Made by a program: the position numbers and the translations under genes. Positions 35,299-38,571 of a stretch of DNA of 38,571 nt are shown here, one piece after another; the stretch's first letter is position 1; every line of letters begins with the position of its first letter. The notes under the pieces were generated by a model. It did no database searches. It was not told the origin of the DNA and saw only the letters and a program-made list of their open reading frames with translations. The stretch lies in the NCBI GenBank assembly GCA_910592345.1, contig CAJVPI010000255.1, positions 1-38,571 of the forward strand, given 5' to 3'. The stretch is from Paraglomus brasilianum. Lineage: Eukaryota.

Positions 35299-37260
35299 TC
35301 AAAACTGATCATGTGTGGGAGAGATGCGGAGAGATGCGGGAGAGATGTGTTAGTGACAACCCGCTAATATTTATATAAAAGCACTCGATACGTTTATGTA
35401 TCCACGCAATGCCAAAATATAAGCGCACTGTTTGCTGCTTACCCTTATCTGATAACTGCCAGCCTTGGTCATGTATCGCACCCATTTGACGCTGTGGTAG
35501 TCGCTCTTCTCAAACACTTTCAGGAATCTGACAAGTAAACCAGAGGCTGTAAACATGAGAACTTGAAAATCCATCGAGATTGGCGGTCTCGACCAAGCCT
35601 TCTTCACCGTCATAGCAGACAGATCGGCCTCACCACTGAGGGTGAATTCTGATTGGCCCTGGAAACGAGGTATTCTTGAAGATGGAGAGAAATTCCCATG
35701 TTAGAACAGATTACGATAGATAATATGAAAGGCGACAAACACCTACTCACTTCCAGACGATAGCATTATCCGCGGGAACATATTTTGCTTTACCAGAAAC
35801 AACCCTCACATTAATATTCGCCGTGTTCAGTGGGGTAGGAATCCGTACAACAACATTATTTGCATATAGTTTGGGAGAGAAATTGGCCTTTACAGTAATT
35901 CTATATTCTACGCGCGACTTTCCAATTTCATTGACCGTGGGATGAACCCGAAATGGCAAATTAACGTTCTCCGTTGTCCTATATCTATTTTACGTGTTGT
36001 CGGAAACTGTGAGCATGATGAAGGGAACTAGACGCACATCCTCATATACGAAACACGTTTTAATAAAAATCTTGTATATGTTTACCTCATGAGCTCGAAT
36101 TCACCGTCGGGTGGGATGAAATTTATAGTTCGGTCTGAATCAAACTTTCCCAACTTCACACATTGATGAAACTGACAGTCATCTATTTCAACAGCATTAG
36201 CACGCCGGGAAAGGCTAACAAAATCAGAGTATTAAGGAAACTGGTTAACATACTTATGCGCCCCCCACAACCTGCATCACTTAAAGGTCATAACCACGTT
36301 GGCTATAACGGACACTACCTATTGATTCTTGGATCCTTGTCTAACACTAGTTTGTCGTTCAATCCGAATTTACATTCTGGCGTGCCGGACAAATATGCTC
36401 TCATCATTATTTGCCCCGAAACATCAGACCTGAGTACGTTGCCTAAAAATTGTGCATAATAATCAGTCTCTGTAATAGCATTAGCCCTATTCTTTACACA
36501 AGACGACTACCTTTTGTACTCATGAGCAGATTAACCGATTCGATGACGTCTATAAAGGCTTCATTCTTTCTGTATTTAATATCAGACCGCCGCCAGGAGG
36601 TAGTCCCAGTGGCTTGAATCGTGATTTTTGAAGAATCTTCCTTCTAAAGTAAGAGAATGTTAGCTATGCTCTAGATCACATGATATTTAGAATGTAAGTA
36701 TTGACTCACAACTGCTCTTTCCGATTTAACTCCTTCGGTCGTAATATACATCTTCAATGTCTCAGTTTCACTGTTCTGTGGATACCCAAAATCCAATACT
36801 TCGTCCAACAGCTCATATATCAGCACAAAATTATTCTTTACACTTTCTTCATCAAATTTACCGAAATAGCTTTTCCCTATATTTATAATCCTATAGCAGA
36901 ATTCGAACACAAGAGCTGCGTTTGCATTGCACTTGGTAACAGCTGCTATGTACAAGTTCTCATGTCGAACATGGAAGAAGGAGGTTGATCCAAGCGTTAT
37001 AATAGGTGACCGAACGTCGGTGTTTGATATTACATGGATTCGAAATATGTCTGCTATAGAACGCCTTCAATTCGCGAGAATAATAAGATTATGTAGTCTT
37101 AGTAAGGCGTTAAAGGTGGCAGGAAATCCTAATTGTCCAAAGGGACAAGGAGACCGAGCCAAATGACAACGTTATATAGGCCTTACTTCAAATCATGTCG
37201 GTAAAGTCTTGAGATGAGCACTTCGCCCTTCTGATTGTAAATGAAAAAAGCACTTATCAT
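35299..37260 (-). CDS. APM4: Clathrin adaptor AP-2 complex subunit mu
   Basis: [110 protein letters not shown] (last coding exon 35299-35304). Confidence 0.96.
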
Positions 37261-37459
37261 GTTGCGATTAAGTTTACGTGTGAAGCAAGGTTGCTCTCTT
37301 ATTAGTATTAACTAGTGTCACAGATTTATTCTAAAGACAATGTGGATGGGGGGAGATATTCAACTTGAATAATATTCGTAGTAAATCTGCCGATCAACAC
37401 ATATAAGTCCGGATGGATTGTAACATATCAATAGTAGGCATTACTACTACAAGTGCGTC

Positions 37460-37537
37460 TGATATAACGACATGCTCGGTTCCAACCCAAATGGTCGTTA
37501 TATCAAGAATGTCCTTATATCGAGAGTTTAACTTTAT
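37460..37537. mobile_element. pogo-like transposon/MITE end fragment
   Basis: Dyad TGATATAACGAC/GTCGTTATATCA (37460-37471, 37494-37505) followed by CTTATATCGAGAGTTTAACT, resembling a pogo-type terminus. Confidence 0.5.
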
Positions 37538-37639
37538 AACGACAACTAAGCAATGTTCAACCAATTGTCATTATAGCAAAAAAAATCAATTTTATTGGAT
37601 AAATTTGATACAATTGACAACTTAAGCATCATTACAAAG

Positions 37640-38571
37640 ATTAAAAAAATCTATTAATCGTCGTTTGTTTTTTTGAGCTTATTTCTTGCACTGCTAAGTT
37701 TTTTTCTAACTTAGTTAACTCATTTAAGAAGGATAAACTTACTTCAATTTCGTTTTGTTGTTGAGCCTCTGATGCGCTAATAATAACAGTGTTGAAATAT
37801 CTTCGTCAACGTCACTCTCATCTTCAGCGACTGTTGCAACGATGTCTTCATCGGATGGCATTGTGCCTTGCGACACACGAACAGCAGAGTCAATTCCGAT
37901 CCATTCATTGACTGACAACGAATCGCTCTCACTGATTCCTAATTTTGGAATAAGATCAACAATTTCAGCGGCGGCATTATCTTCCAACAGCGAACCGTCT
38001 ATGAAGTCGCCGAAGTTAACTTCTTCATCGTTAATAATTTCAGTTTTATTCCAGCAGTCTACGATTGTATTCACTCCAACCTTTTCCCATGCCATAGCTA
38101 CAGTTTGTATCGCATCAAGAAGTGTGAAATTACTGGGTTGCGTTCGATTAGCACGTGCAGAATTAACCGTTTCAATTCGGTTAATGCAAAACAGTTTGCG
38201 ATAATGAGACTTAAATGACCAAATAATACCAGCGTCGCAAGGCTGTAGATGTGCTGTGGTGTTAGGAGGTAAAAAAAGCAATTCTATGTTGCTTAATTCT
38301 TCTTCTTCATTCCACTTATGCGATGACGCATTATCAAGTATCAAGAGAATTTTGCATTTAATTTACGGAGCCAATGCTGAAATATACTTGTCTGCATCCA
38401 AGCATTTTTGCTCCAATAGTAATAAACGGGTAGACTTGCTTTATTGATTCCTTTAAGAGTACGTGGAGTATTAAATTTGTGAATAAACAGGGGTGGAAGT
38501 TTATTGCCGCTGGCATTGCACGTAAGCATTACTGTCACCCGATTTTTTGATTTTTTTGTTCCGGATAAGCT
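37640..38571 (-). pseudogene. pogo/Tigger (DDE_1, CENP-B-like) transposase, frameshifted; continues beyond the window
   Basis: KNRVTVMLTCNASGNKLPPLFI, KNAWMQTSIFQHWL, frameshift at ~38345-38355, then LLILDNASSH, LPPNTTAHLQPCDAGIIWSFK, and a terminal KKQTTINRFF fragment (~37645-37675). Confidence 0.92.

Noticed and set aside
35317..35347. GGAGAGATGC x3 repeat
   Set aside because: Short slippage repeat in the pyrimidine-rich 3' part of the last AP-2 mu intron.
1..38571. tRNA, rRNA or other structured RNA genes
   Set aside because: None recognised by eye; tRNAscan-SE/Infernal would be needed to exclude snoRNAs or other ncRNAs.

Overview
AT-rich, intron-dense eukaryotic DNA from a fungus, most likely an early-diverging Mucoromycota/Glomeromycotina (arbuscular mycorrhizal-type) genome. 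This assignment is inferred from the DASH subunit Dad4, short GT-AG introns, a Crinkler gene, and Sel1 and DNA-transposon debris. There are seven spliced housekeeping genes: TFIIS, cyclophilin PPIL2/Cyp60, TFIIIC subunit Tfc4, Dad4, Gpn2, Atp23 and AP-2 mu. The window also holds an apparently intact 7-exon Crinkler (CRN) gene with Ubl-like N-terminus + P-loop NTPase + PD-(D/E)xK-like nuclease + C-terminal HhH-like module, lying in a CpG-depleted island flanked by mobile-element relics. A ~22-exon long-type ABCC transporter has several degenerate ATPase motifs and one in-frame TGA that an in-frame cryptic donor could skip. Both window ends are DNA-transposon graveyards (Tc1/mariner left, pogo right), with several MITE-like hairpins and tandem arrays. 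A CAC(G/A)TG E-box sits 57-76 nt upstream of seven start codons. All gene models were spliced by eye; internal exon boundaries are approximate unless stated.
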